Source: a virus
Strand: one strand, 5' to 3'
IMG/VR virus record: IMGVR_UViG_3300027631_000002
Span: 96,001 to 160,000 of that record
Length of the DNA stretch: 64,000 nt
Numbering within the stretch: position 1 is the stretch's first letter; every line of letters starts with the position of its first letter. The translations under genes and the position numbers were made by a program. The notes below the pieces were generated by a model, which made no database searches, had not been told where the DNA came from, and worked only from the letters and a program-made list of their open reading frames with translations. Below are positions 28,988 through 38,728 of the stretch, piece after piece.

Positions 28988-29287
28988 ATGAATAAAGTTT
29001 ATCTTCAAATCTGGGAAGAGTCAATTATTAATCAAGGAACAAGACCTGATGGTTGTTCACTACATATCGACCTAGAATCAAATCAAAAATATTTAAAATC
29101 AATCTATGAATTTAGAGAAAATTTAAAAATACCAAATGATTATGATTCTGCAGTTGGTGAACCAGTTGAGGTCTTGGTAAACGATGATGTTTACAACCTA
29201 ATAAAGATAGACAAAACAATTAGATTATTACAAAACGAATTTAATAATTTAATACAACTAAAAGATATAATACCAAATGATTGTTAG
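28988..29287 (+). CDS. Hypothetical protein
   Basis: ORF track; WEES...RPDGCSLH motif. Confidence 0.6.
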   Translation: MNKVYLQIWEESIINQGTRPDGCSLHIDLESNQKYLKSIYEFRENLKIPNDYDSAVGEPVEVLVNDDVYNLIKIDKTIRLLQNEFNNLIQLKDIIPNDC

Positions 29288-29606
29288 TTTAATAATTTTA
29301 TTATTTATAATAAATAATATTTATTTTCTTAAAAATAGAGATTATTTACAAAAGAATTTTTCGGAAAAAAATAATATTAGATTACTAGATGTTTTATATT
29401 ATTATATAAATCTATTATACTATGTCTTTGTATTTATTGGTTTATTTACTGACTATAAGTTATATTTCTATATTTTAACTATAACATACCTATTAAAGTT
29501 TCCGCTATATCATATAAATAGAAAGATATATCAAATATTTTCATATTTCTATTCACATATAACAATTATTATTTTACTTACTTTATTATATTCCAAACTT
29601 TTTTAA
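29277..29606 (+). CDS. Small multi-TM membrane protein
   Basis: Three or four hydrophobic segments. Confidence 0.55.
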   Translation: MIVSLIILLFIINNIYFLKNRDYLQKNFSEKNNIRLLDVLYYYINLLYYVFVFIGLFTDYKLYFYILTITYLLKFPLYHINRKIYQIFSYFYSHITIIILLTLLYSKLF

Positions 29607-30113
29607 ATGTAGTTCAGTTATGATTATAAAATCATATCCTTTCTTATCACACCAAGAAATCATAGTTTCCCACTTAGTCTTATTCTTATAAGCCATTTTA
29701 AGATCATACTCGAAGTTTTTTAACTTCTTTAATCCATTTTGAGGTACATTCATTTTTCCTTCTTTTAAATCAATTACCATTTGATATTCTTTCATTGGCT
29801 TTACTTCAACCACGACTCTCTTTCTAGTTCCATCTGCAAGTTGCATCTCATAATAAAAGTCTGGATAATAACAGTGTTCTTTAACTCTCATATCACCATT
29901 GTCAAAATGAGTCATTTGATAAGGTATTTTAAGACACTCTGCACCCCACATTAAAATACTTGAGTTATTATCTAACCAAGTCATTATTCTCTTCTCCCAA
30001 GAGCTTCTAAAGTAAACTCCACCGTTAGTATTTAGTTTCATTACTTTATCCTTATTTATAGGAATAAAATTTCCCTGGTTGTAGTTCTTATTATTTGGTT
30101 TTGAATTTATCAT
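29586..30113 (-). CDS. Head completion nuclease, T4 gp4-like (TnsA-like PD-(D/E)XK)
   Basis: YFRSSWEK, IPY, YYPDFY, VEVKP, N..KWE.....C...G..F.IITE. Confidence 0.85.
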   Translation of the reverse strand: MINSKPNNKNYNQGNFIPINKDKVMKLNTNGGVYFRSSWEKRIMTWLDNNSSILMWGAECLKIPYQMTHFDNGDMRVKEHCYYPDFYYEMQLADGTRKRVVVEVKPMKEYQMVIDLKEGKMNVPQNGLKKLKNFEYDLKMAYKNKTKWETMISWCDKKGYDFIIITELHLKKFGI

Positions 30114-30143
30114 ATTTTATATATAAATAAAAATAATTCTCTT

Positions 30144-30848
30144 ATGGCAGTTGTTGATTCTTTGTTAGAACGTGTTAAACTAGCTTTACTTTATAACGGA
30201 AATGGAATAGTTGAAAATTTTAAAAATAACTCCTTATTTTTCTATGATAAGTATAGTAAATCTAGTAAAGATGTTGAATCTATAAATATTAAAGATATTT
30301 ATCCTGGTGGGTTTTACTTTTTTCACTATAAAGACGATTCTAATTGGATGAAATATTCACCAGTATTTGTTGTCGATTTTAAAAAATTTGAAGATAAAGT
30401 AATTCTATTTGCAGTGAATTTTAATTTTATTCCGATGGAGATAAGAGCTCAGATATTTAATAAGTATATACAAACAAATGACTTTGAAAACAATACTTTC
30501 TTAAAGGTAAATTATGAAGGAATGTATAAAGAATTGTTAAATTCTGGATTTGAATATGCTTTAATGGAGTTTAATGCAGTACAACTAGTTTTGGTTCATA
30601 GAATTCATTTAGAACTACTACCTAGATTTCTTTATTCTCAACATCCTATCAATAAATATGATCCACAAAAACTAGTACAAATTTGGCAAGCAAAACTTTC
30701 TAGTAGAAATGAAAGACATAAAGAAGTAATCTCATCTATTCTAAGTGACTTCTATGATGTAAATAACGAAATATCAGACAAATATAATGTTATGAGAGAT
30801 CATATAAAACGTCTTCAGACCAGTCTTACCAAGTACGGAAAAAGATAG
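30144..30848 (+). CDS. DNA end protector, T4 gp2-like
   Basis: PGGFYFFHY...SPVF...AVNFNFIP...R pattern; adjacent to gp4 as in T4-like phages. Confidence 0.6.
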   Translation: MAVVDSLLERVKLALLYNGNGIVENFKNNSLFFYDKYSKSSKDVESINIKDIYPGGFYFFHYKDDSNWMKYSPVFVVDFKKFEDKVILFAVNFNFIPMEIRAQIFNKYIQTNDFENNTFLKVNYEGMYKELLNSGFEYALMEFNAVQLVLVHRIHLELLPRFLYSQHPINKYDPQKLVQIWQAKLSSRNERHKEVISSILSDFYDVNNEISDKYNVMRDHIKRLQTSLTKYGKR

Positions 30849-30891
30849 TAAAATGTAGAAAGGAAGAAGTTTATTTTTTATATATAGTTAT

Positions 30892-31041
30892 ATGAAAGCA
30901 AAAGATATAATGGAAAAATATAATATAACTCGAAGAACATTACATAATTGGGTTAAAAAAGGTGTTATCGAAGTAGAACTTACTCCAACAGGTAGATATA
31001 TCTACATTGAAAAAAATAAAAAGTCTGATGAAAAGTTGTAG
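30892..31041 (+). CDS. Small MerR/excisionase-type HTH protein (49 aa, not in ORF track)
   Basis: MKAKDIMEKYNITRRTLHNWVKKGVIEVELTPTGRYIY. Confidence 0.65.
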   Translation: MKAKDIMEKYNITRRTLHNWVKKGVIEVELTPTGRYIYIEKNKKSDEKL

Positions 31042-31753
31042 TAAATGTAAGTTAGATAAAGAATTGACTTTATTCTATAAATGTTCATCTAGTAAAGATG
31101 GTCATAGGTCAAATTGTATTACTTGTTGTAAACAATGGAAAATTGATAATAAAGAAAAAATAAATGACTATTTAGTAAGTAATAAGGAAAGACTTTCTAA
31201 AAATAGAAGTGAGAGATACCAGCTCAATAAAGATTTCTTTATCTTAAAATCATCCAACTATTATAAAAATAATAGAGAAGAAATTAAACTCAAATCAAAT
31301 CTATATTATGAGAATAATAAAGAATCTAAGTTAGAGTATCAAAAAGAGTATCAAAAAAATAATAAAGATAAGAGAAATACTTATCTAAGTGAAAGAAGAC
31401 TGAATGATCCCTTATTTAGACTAATAACAAATGTTAGGAATTTAATATATAATTCATTCTATTATAATGGATATTCAAAAAATTCAAAGACCGAAGAACT
31501 ATTAGGATGTTCTTTTGAAGAATTAAAAGAGTATTTAGAATCTAAGTTTGAACCTTGGATGAACTGGGATAATAGAGGATTGTATAGTGGTGAGTTTAAC
31601 TATGGTTGGGATATAGATCATGTTATACCATTATCAAGTGTAAATAAAGAAGATGAAATAATAAAATTAAATCACTATACTAATTTACAACCACTCTGTA
31701 GTAAAATAAACAGAGATATAAAGAAAGATAATTTAGAATATGGCGTCATATAA
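31028..31753 (+). CDS. Free-standing HNH endonuclease with N-terminal zinc finger
   Basis: CSKC...CITCCK; WDIDHVIPLSS...LNHYTNLQPLCSKIN. Confidence 0.85.
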   Translation: MKSCSKCKLDKELTLFYKCSSSKDGHRSNCITCCKQWKIDNKEKINDYLVSNKERLSKNRSERYQLNKDFFILKSSNYYKNNREEIKLKSNLYYENNKESKLEYQKEYQKNNKDKRNTYLSERRLNDPLFRLITNVRNLIYNSFYYNGYSKNSKTEELLGCSFEELKEYLESKFEPWMNWDNRGLYSGEFNYGWDIDHVIPLSSVNKEDEIIKLNHYTNLQPLCSKINRDIKKDNLEYGVI

Positions 31754-33503
31754 TAATTTCAGTCAAGAAAATCAAAATAACGTTGGATCAAACTTTGCGA
31801 TGGTAAATTCATCTGGAGTTGAGAATAAAGGCTTGTTTAGTAGGATTTTGAGAAACTTATCATCATATGGAATGAACTTTGATGACATGATTGTGAGGAA
31901 TCAAGTAGGTATTGGTATCAATGAAGATCCATACGCTGCTAAAGGAAATTCGATGTACGATTTTTTTTCAAGCCGGGCGGTTGCATCAGTATTGAATAGA
32001 AAATCTATTCCTTATTTAGATAAAGCTTACGCAGATAAAAGAAGAATTTTAAGAGAGTATTCAGTTAAAGATGAAATTAGAGACTTTATAAGCACTGTTG
32101 CAGACGAATGTATAGTGTATAATGATGAGAGAGATTTCTGTTCTGTTACTGCACTTCCAACGTCTTATTCACAAGAAGTACAAGATAAGTACCAAGAGTA
32201 TTTTGAAAGAATTTATAACAAGTTTGGATTTGCAGATAATATCACTGCGTGGAACATGATGAAGGATTTCTTAATTGATGGTTATTTAGCACTTGAGATT
32301 ATTTATGATGATAAAAAGAAGAATATTATTGGATTTAATAGAATTAGACCAGAGACAGTAGTTCCTGCATATGAACCAAGTATAGGACACTTATGGATTC
32401 AGTTCCCTGAAGATCCACAATTAAGAAGAATATTTTTAGATTCACAATTAGTTTATATTTCATATTCAACTCAAAATGAATTTTCCGAAACATCATATAT
32501 AGAGGGTTTAATTAAGCCTTATAATCAATTAAAGATTTTACAACAAACAAGAATTATGTTTAACATTATCAATGCTACTGTTTATCAAAAGTTCACTATT
32601 CCAATTAAAGGAATGTCTAGACAAAGAGCAGAAGAACAAATAGGTCAATTGATTCATGATTATTCAGAAGAAGTAGAATGGGATGAATCATTGGGTACAA
32701 TGACGATCAATGGTTCTAAACATTTACCTTACAACAAACAAGTTTGGTTTCCTGATGGGGATGGTGGTACTCCTAATATGGAATTAGTTTCTCCACAAGG
32801 ACATAACTTAAATGATGATTCAATGTTAGATTGGTTCTTCAAAGCTTTAAAAAGATCTTCTAAGATTCCAATGTCAAGATTTGAAAGTGATAATGGTGGG
32901 GGTAATCTAGTTACCGATGCTGCTGAGATGACAAGAGATGAGATTAAGTTTCATAACTTTATTAGTAGATTACGAGCAAATTTTAAAGAATTGATTGTTA
33001 AACCACTAAGACTACAAATGTTGATAGAGTTTCCTGAGTTTATAGAGGATGAATTCTTTACAAATGGAGTCGATGTTACTTTTTTCTCAAATCAAGTATT
33101 TGAAGAATGGAAGAAATTAAATAATTTAGAAAAGAAATCAGGTATTGTTGGAACATTACTTGGTGTAATGAATGGTGAGAAACCATACTTTCATATTGAC
33201 TGGATCATGGATAACATATTTAAACTTACTCCTGAAGAAAAAGCAGAAAACCAAAAATGTTGGGATAAAGATGCTATGAATGCTGCTGCTAATGCAACTG
33301 GTGAACCTGGTATGCCATCTGAAGGTGGTGGAGGTGGTGGAATGCCATCAGAAGGTGGTGCTCCTCCAGAAGGAGGTAGTCAAATCGCTCCAGAAGGTGG
33401 TGGTGCTCAAGCCGCTCCAGAAGGTGGTGGTGCTCAAGCCGCACCTCAAGCCGCACCTGAAGCTCCTCCTGCACCTGAATCCGGTGGGGAATTTGAATTC
33501 TAA
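31740..33503 (+). CDS. Portal protein, T4 gp20-like
   Basis: IDGYLALE, YNQLKILQQ, F.IPI.GMS...AEE.I, WFP.GDGG, L.WF.K.L...SKIPMSR, EITRDE-like EMTRDEIKF..FI.RLR. Confidence 0.9.
   Translation: MASYNNFSQENQNNVGSNFAMVNSSGVENKGLFSRILRNLSSYGMNFDDMIVRNQVGIGINEDPYAAKGNSMYDFFSSRAVASVLNRKSIPYLDKAYADKRRILREYSVKDEIRDFISTVADECIVYNDERDFCSVTALPTSYSQEVQDKYQEYFERIYNKFGFADNITAWNMMKDFLIDGYLALEIIYDDKKKNIIGFNRIRPETVVPAYEPSIGHLWIQFPEDPQLRRIFLDSQLVYISYSTQNEFSETSYIEGLIKPYNQLKILQQTRIMFNIINATVYQKFTIPIKGMSRQRAEEQIGQLIHDYSEEVEWDESLGTMTINGSKHLPYNKQVWFPDGDGGTPNMELVSPQGHNLNDDSMLDWFFKALKRSSKIPMSRFESDNGGGNLVTDAAEMTRDEIKFHNFISRLRANFKELIVKPLRLQMLIEFPEFIEDEFFTNGVDVTFFSNQVFEEWKKLNNLEKKSGIVGTLLGVMNGEKPYFHIDWIMDNIFKLTPEEKAENQKCWDKDAMNAAANATGEPGMPSEGGGGGGMPSEGGAPPEGGSQIAPEGGGAQAAPEGGGAQAAPQAAPEAPPAPESGGEFEF
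33390..33443 (+). repeat. 27-nt tandem repeat (PEGGGAQAA x2) in the portal C-terminal Gly/Pro/Glu tail
   Basis: ccagaaggtggtggtgctcaagccgc(t/a) twice. Confidence 0.8.
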
Positions 33504-33540
33504 TATAAATAAAAAATCCTTTCAATTGAAAGGATTTTTT

Positions 33541-33960
33541 TTATGCAGCATTTTTTGGTGCTTCTATTATAAAGTTTAAAGTCTTTTCATATAGAAATTG
33601 ACTTACTTCAACTTCCATACCTACCTGCATCATTGTTTTAACTATTCTACCACATTCTGTATCAAGTACTTTAGATTTTAAAGTAAGTTTCTCAATCTTA
33701 TTATTATTTAAGACAAATGTCATTCCTGTTATAGAACAACACACCTTTTTTAAGTATACCTGATGACTATGTTGATCATCGAGTGTAATATATTTCTGAA
33801 TATCATCAATATCAAACTGTATTTTTTTACTACCTTCTAAAAGATAATTTAATTTTATCTCACGATAAACAGATTTCCAAGTTGGATAACTAGAAAGTGC
33901 TAAATTATAATCATCAAATTCTAAATCATCTGCTAATATAACATCAAATAAATAGTCCAT
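33541..33960 (-). CDS. Degenerate prohead-protease-like fragment protein
   Basis: SKVLDTECGRIVKTMMQVGMEVEVS resembles the gp21 family K(I/L)LDTPxGxIVKxLxxxG..VSSR. Confidence 0.45.
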   Translation of the reverse strand: MDYLFDVILADDLEFDDYNLALSSYPTWKSVYREIKLNYLLEGSKKIQFDIDDIQKYITLDDQHSHQVYLKKVCCSITGMTFVLNNNKIEKLTLKSKVLDTECGRIVKTMMQVGMEVEVSQFLYEKTLNFIIEAPKNAA

Positions 33961-35843
33961 TAGAACAATTCAAAATCGATTTGTTTTCTGTCTAGATCAA
34001 CTGATTTAACAATTACTTTTACTTCATCACCTAATCTTACTGATCCACCTGATTTTAAATTAACTGTATAGTTTTCTGCATCTACTTTATGATTTCCATT
34101 ATATCTAACCATACCTTCACATTTACTTTCAATAAGTTCAACATACATACCCCAATCGGTTACTCCTGATATAATTCCATCAAATACTTGTCCGATTTTA
34201 TCTTCTAAGAATTCAATCTGTTTATATTTAATAGAATCTCTTTGAGCTTTTGCTGCTAAGATTTCTCTTTCAGAACACCATTTTGCCATACCTTCAATCT
34301 TTTGAGGACTTCCATTAGATTTCTTATTTAAAAAGTCTAATAGAACTCTATGAGTGATTAAGTCTGGATATCTTCTGATTGGTGATGTAAAGTGAGAATA
34401 ATGAGTAAACCCTAATCCATAGTGTCCAGAGTTTACTATTGTATAACTTGCTTTAGACATACATCTTGTGATTAAAGTTTCAATCATATTTTCTTCTGGT
34501 TTACCTTTTATGTCAGCAACTAGTTCATTTATAGATTTTTTCAAATCTTGTGTATTTTCAACAACATCTAAAGTATATCCAAAATTCTTACATATTAGAG
34601 AAAGTGCTTCTAACTTCTCAACATTAGGAGTACTATGTACTCTATAAACATTGTGATACTTCGCATCATAAAGAAGTTTTGCAACTAATTTATTGGCAAG
34701 TAACATATATTCTTCAATTAGTTTATTTGCATCTTTCTGTTCTTTGAAGAAAACTCCAATAGGTTTCTTAGTAGTTGGCTCTAATTTGAATCTAACTTCT
34801 ATACCACCCATTTCGATAGAACCATCACTGATTCTTTGTTTTCTCATTTTCTTAGCAATAGTATCTAATAATAATATTTCGGTTTTGAAATCTCCTTCTT
34901 TACCTTCAATTATTTCTTGAGCTTCTTCATAAGAATATCTTCTATCTGAGTGTATTATAGTTTTTCCAAACCATTTATCTAATAGTTTTCCATCACTATC
35001 TAATTTAACTATAACTGAGAAACAAAGTTTATCTTCATTAGGTCTTAACGAACATACTCCATTACTTAATCTCTCTGGTAACATTGGTACACATCTATCA
35101 ACTAAGTAAACTGATGTTGCTCTTTTAATAGCTTCTTCATCAATTATTCCACCTTCTTTAACATAGTGTGAAACATCTGCAATATGTATACCTACTTCTA
35201 CTGTATTATCATCAAGTATATTAACCGAAAGAGCGTCGTCAAAATCTTTGGCGTCGACTGGGTCAATTGTAAATGTTGTGATATTTCTTAAATCTCGTCT
35301 GTTACTGATTTCTGATTCGTGAATTGTGAAGTCTATCAATTCCGCCTCGGCTTCTACCATTAAAGGAAAGTTGTTTGGTAAACCGTACTCATACATAATT
35401 GAGTTCATTTCTGCATTATTTTCACCTGAACTACCAAGTATCTCTACTATTTTTGCTTTTGGTGATTTTGTTCCTGGTTCCCAGTCGATTAGTTCGACAA
35501 GAACTTTTTGATCGTGTATTGCATCGTTTTCTCCTTTTATATAAAAGTCGACACCTATTTTTTGACTGTCTGGTACTACAAAGATTAGTCTTTTATTTTC
35601 TTTGTTTATTTGTACTTTACCAACAAATTGTGTTCTGAATCTTTCGAGAACTTCAATAACTTCGGCTTCAATTTTATTGTTCTTAGTTATTGTTTTAACT
35701 TTAACTTTATCACCATTAAGTGAGTTAAGTGTATTTTTCTTAAATATGAAGAGATTTTTATCTCCTATATCTATTGAGGCATTTCCGCTGTTTGCGAAAT
35801 CGATAGTGCCCTCAAAAACACTATCTTCTTTAATTTTATTCAT
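33960..35843 (-). CDS. rnr: Ribonuclease R (RNB family)
   Basis: TFTIDPVDAKDFDDALS, VHIADVSHYV, RATSVYL, LIEEYMLLAN, HFTSPIRRYPDL, C-terminal S1. Confidence 0.95.
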   Translation of the reverse strand: MNKIKEDSVFEGTIDFANSGNASIDIGDKNLFIFKKNTLNSLNGDKVKVKTITKNNKIEAEVIEVLERFRTQFVGKVQINKENKRLIFVVPDSQKIGVDFYIKGENDAIHDQKVLVELIDWEPGTKSPKAKIVEILGSSGENNAEMNSIMYEYGLPNNFPLMVEAEAELIDFTIHESEISNRRDLRNITTFTIDPVDAKDFDDALSVNILDDNTVEVGIHIADVSHYVKEGGIIDEEAIKRATSVYLVDRCVPMLPERLSNGVCSLRPNEDKLCFSVIVKLDSDGKLLDKWFGKTIIHSDRRYSYEEAQEIIEGKEGDFKTEILLLDTIAKKMRKQRISDGSIEMGGIEVRFKLEPTTKKPIGVFFKEQKDANKLIEEYMLLANKLVAKLLYDAKYHNVYRVHSTPNVEKLEALSLICKNFGYTLDVVENTQDLKKSINELVADIKGKPEENMIETLITRCMSKASYTIVNSGHYGLGFTHYSHFTSPIRRYPDLITHRVLLDFLNKKSNGSPQKIEGMAKWCSEREILAAKAQRDSIKYKQIEFLEDKIGQVFDGIISGVTDWGMYVELIESKCEGMVRYNGNHKVDAENYTVNLKSGGSVRLGDEVKVIVKSVDLDRKQIDFELF

Positions 35844-36243
35844 TATTTAATTTTTTTTTGTTTTTAGAAATGTTATCTACTCCATACTTCTGTACTAATG
35901 TTTTCTTCATCTTTTCTAAAACTTTTTTATTCTGTATCGGATAATCAACTCCGAAATTTTTTCTTAATGTTTCTTTTCTTTTAACTTCAGAACACTTTCT
36001 ACAATAATAATCTCCCCAATCATTATCATATTTTAAGTAGTTCTTATAGATTACTTCTTTTTCAATTCCACAAGTGTCACATTTACATTTGATTTTGTAA
36101 TGTGATCCTTTCGGTAATAATTCAACTGGAATTATAATTTCTTCACTTATATACACATCATATCCTAAATCATCATAATAGTTGTAATTTGACTCAGTGA
36201 TTTTCACATTTATCTCTCTTGATAGGATCATAAAAAACCGCAT
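35836..36243 (-). CDS. Zinc-finger protein with KYGVD-type repeats (endonuclease-associated DNA-binding module, no nuclease domain)
   Basis: CKCDTCG, CRKC, NFGVDYPIQ/KYGVDNISK. Confidence 0.55.
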   Translation of the reverse strand: MRFFMILSREINVKITESNYNYYDDLGYDVYISEEIIIPVELLPKGSHYKIKCKCDTCGIEKEVIYKNYLKYDNDWGDYYCRKCSEVKRKETLRKNFGVDYPIQNKKVLEKMKKTLVQKYGVDNISKNKKKLNNE

Positions 36244-36429
36244 TTTTTTAAGTATTTATTAAATATAGCGTTTCTCCTCTAAAATTTTCACAAAGATAAA
36301 AAATCCAGTAGATATACCTAATAAAAATCAAAAAAATTTTTTTACTATAAAGAATCCACCTTTAAAATTTTATTGTTTTCCAGGTTAAATATATACCATC
36401 GTAATAACTACAAAAAATAATTATTTTAA

Positions 36430-38640
36430 ATGAAACCGGTTTTAATAGTAGAAAATTCAACAAGTTCGCTTATTAGAGAGTCAAACTCTACTAATAAGGA
36501 GTATGTATTGGGTGGTACTTTTACTGAGTTTGGTGTAAAGAATCGTAATGAGAGGATATATCAAGCTGAGAAATTTTTACCAGCACTACAAGAAATGAAT
36601 GAAAGAATGAGCAGCCTAGGTGTTGTTTATGGTGAATTCGATCACCCGGATGTTTTTGATACTTCGTTATCAAGAGCATCACACATTATTACAAAGGCAG
36701 AATTTGTTGCTGAAAAGAACATTGTTGCTGGAGAAATAAAATTACTAAGTACTTACTGGGGTAAGGAAGCTAAATCATTAGTTGATGACGGATGTCCAGT
36801 TTTTGTATCATCAAGAGCAGCTGGTATAACAGAATCAGATGGTTCAGTATCATTAAAAAAACTTTTTACTTATGACATTGTTGCAGATCCTGGATTTGCA
36901 TCAGCAAAAATGAGTGTAAGAGTATTAAATGAATCGTTAGGTTTTTGCCCAGAAGGACAAATCGAAAAAAATAACTTTAGGATATATGAATTATCTGACG
37001 AGTCAAAAATAAATGAACTATTCAATATGAACAAAGATGAATTTGTAACCAAGAAACAGTTAAGTGATTATTCACAGTATTTGGTTAAAGAGATTGCTTC
37101 AACAAAGAGTGAAGTGAAAAGTGCAATTTCAAAAGGTAATATGAGCCCACAGAAATTGGAACAATTGTTAGAGTATTATGAAGAATTAAATAATACTAAT
37201 TCACAAGTTGCTAAATATTTAGATTATTTAGCTGACAAAATTCAAGTTGTAGTTAATGAAAATAAATCATTAAAAGACACAACTGAAAAATTGGCTAAAC
37301 ACAACGACTATTTAGCAGAAAATTTAGAAAAAGCTATTGCTTATTCTGAATATGTTGCTGAAAACTTAGACAAAAACATTGAGTATTCAGAATACTTAGC
37401 TGAAAACTTAGACAAAAACATTAATTATTCAGAATATATTGCAGAGAACTTAGATAAAAATATCTCTTATTCAGAATACTTAGCTGAAAACTTAGACAAA
37501 AACATTGAATATTCTGAATATTTAGCAGAAAACTTAGACAAGAATATTGCTTACTCAGAATATATTGCAGAAAATTTAGACAAAAACATCGCTTACTCAG
37601 AATATATTGCTGAGAATGTTGATAACTCAATTGCTTACTCAGAATACTTAGCAGAACACGTAGAAGGTAACATCGCTTACTCAGAATACATTGCTGAACA
37701 TTTAGATGATAACATTGCATACTCTGAATATGTTGCTGAAAGTTTAGATAAATCTATCTCTTATCAAGGAATGATCGTTGAAAGATTAAATGGTGGTTTT
37801 AAATTAAATGAATCTACTGAAGAAGGTGATGAAGCTCAATTCCCTACATTACAAGACGCTGGTTTTGAAGAAAATGAAGATGAATTAGAAGGATCAGAAG
37901 AAGATGAATTCACAGGACACGAAGATCACGAAGGTCACGAAGGTCATGAAGGATTTGCAGAAGAGGCTAAAGAATTTGCTGAAGAGGCTAAAGAGTTTGC
38001 TGAAGATGCTGCAGAGTTTGCTGGAGAACACGAAGGTGAAGGTCACGAAGGTGAAGAACATGAAGAAGAATTAGAAGGTGAAGAAGGTCAAGGTCTTGAA
38101 TCTCAATTTATGGGAGAAGAAGACTCAGAACTTTCTGAATCAATAAATAAATTAATTGAAGAAGCTAAAAAACGTAAAGTTTCTGAAAGCAGTGATTTGA
38201 ACTTTTTAAAGTTCTTAAACAAATCACAAGTTGATAGCTTTTATGCATTATCAAACGAAGAACAAGAAAATGTGAAACTACACATAAACGAAAGTAGTTA
38301 TTTTACACAGAAAGAAGTTCTTACATTGATTGCAGAGTCATTATCAACAAAGAATGAATCTCTTGAAGAAAGAGTAATCAGATTGATGCCGGAAAACATT
38401 AAGCCAATCTGGGGACAGTTAAACGAATCTGCTAAAAAGTCTATCTTGTCACAAGCTAGATTATATCCAGAAGACGTATTAAAAACTGAAAATCAAATTG
38501 AGCATTTCTGGGGAACTAGAAATATCAAAAAAAATGAATCTTCAACTAAGAAATTAGTAGCACATGAAGCTTTAATCCAAGAAGACAAATTGTCTGATAA
38601 TGAGATGACTGCAATAATGGAAAGATTCAAAAGTATATAA
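36430..38640 (+). CDS. Prohead protease (T4 gp21-like) fused to scaffold/core domain
   Basis: KNRNERIY, GEFDHP, SHII, VSSRAAG, YDIVADPGF, followed by long coiled-coil repeats and an acidic linker; directly upstream of the MCP. Confidence 0.9.
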   Translation: MKPVLIVENSTSSLIRESNSTNKEYVLGGTFTEFGVKNRNERIYQAEKFLPALQEMNERMSSLGVVYGEFDHPDVFDTSLSRASHIITKAEFVAEKNIVAGEIKLLSTYWGKEAKSLVDDGCPVFVSSRAAGITESDGSVSLKKLFTYDIVADPGFASAKMSVRVLNESLGFCPEGQIEKNNFRIYELSDESKINELFNMNKDEFVTKKQLSDYSQYLVKEIASTKSEVKSAISKGNMSPQKLEQLLEYYEELNNTNSQVAKYLDYLADKIQVVVNENKSLKDTTEKLAKHNDYLAENLEKAIAYSEYVAENLDKNIEYSEYLAENLDKNINYSEYIAENLDKNISYSEYLAENLDKNIEYSEYLAENLDKNIAYSEYIAENLDKNIAYSEYIAENVDNSIAYSEYLAEHVEGNIAYSEYIAEHLDDNIAYSEYVAESLDKSISYQGMIVERLNGGFKLNESTEEGDEAQFPTLQDAGFEENEDELEGSEEDEFTGHEDHEGHEGHEGFAEEAKEFAEEAKEFAEDAAEFAGEHEGEGHEGEEHEEELEGEEGQGLESQFMGEEDSELSESINKLIEEAKKRKVSESSDLNFLKFLNKSQVDSFYALSNEEQENVKLHINESSYFTQKEVLTLIAESLSTKNESLEERVIRLMPENIKPIWGQLNESAKKSILSQARLYPEDVLKTENQIEHFWGTRNIKKNESSTKKLVAHEALIQEDKLSDNEMTAIMERFKSI
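37306..37767 (+). repeat. 11 tandem 42-nt (14-aa) coding repeats EY(L/I/V)AENLDKNIxYS
   Basis: Direct reading of the translation; synonymous variation among units. Confidence 0.9.
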
Positions 38641-38728
38641 TCTATAAAAAATCCATACTTGTCAAAAACGAGTAAAAACAAGGATATATATAGTATTATA
38701 AAAAAACTAAAAAAAAAATAAAAATTTT

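Noticed and set aside
30892-31753. IS607/IS200-IS605 element
   Set aside because: Only a MerR-like HTH is present, with no serine recombinase, TnpA or TnpB; the downstream gene is an HNH nuclease.
37306-37767. 42-nt repeats as a CRISPR array
   Set aside because: There are no unique spacers; the repeats are in-frame coding units with synonymous variation inside the protease-scaffold gene.
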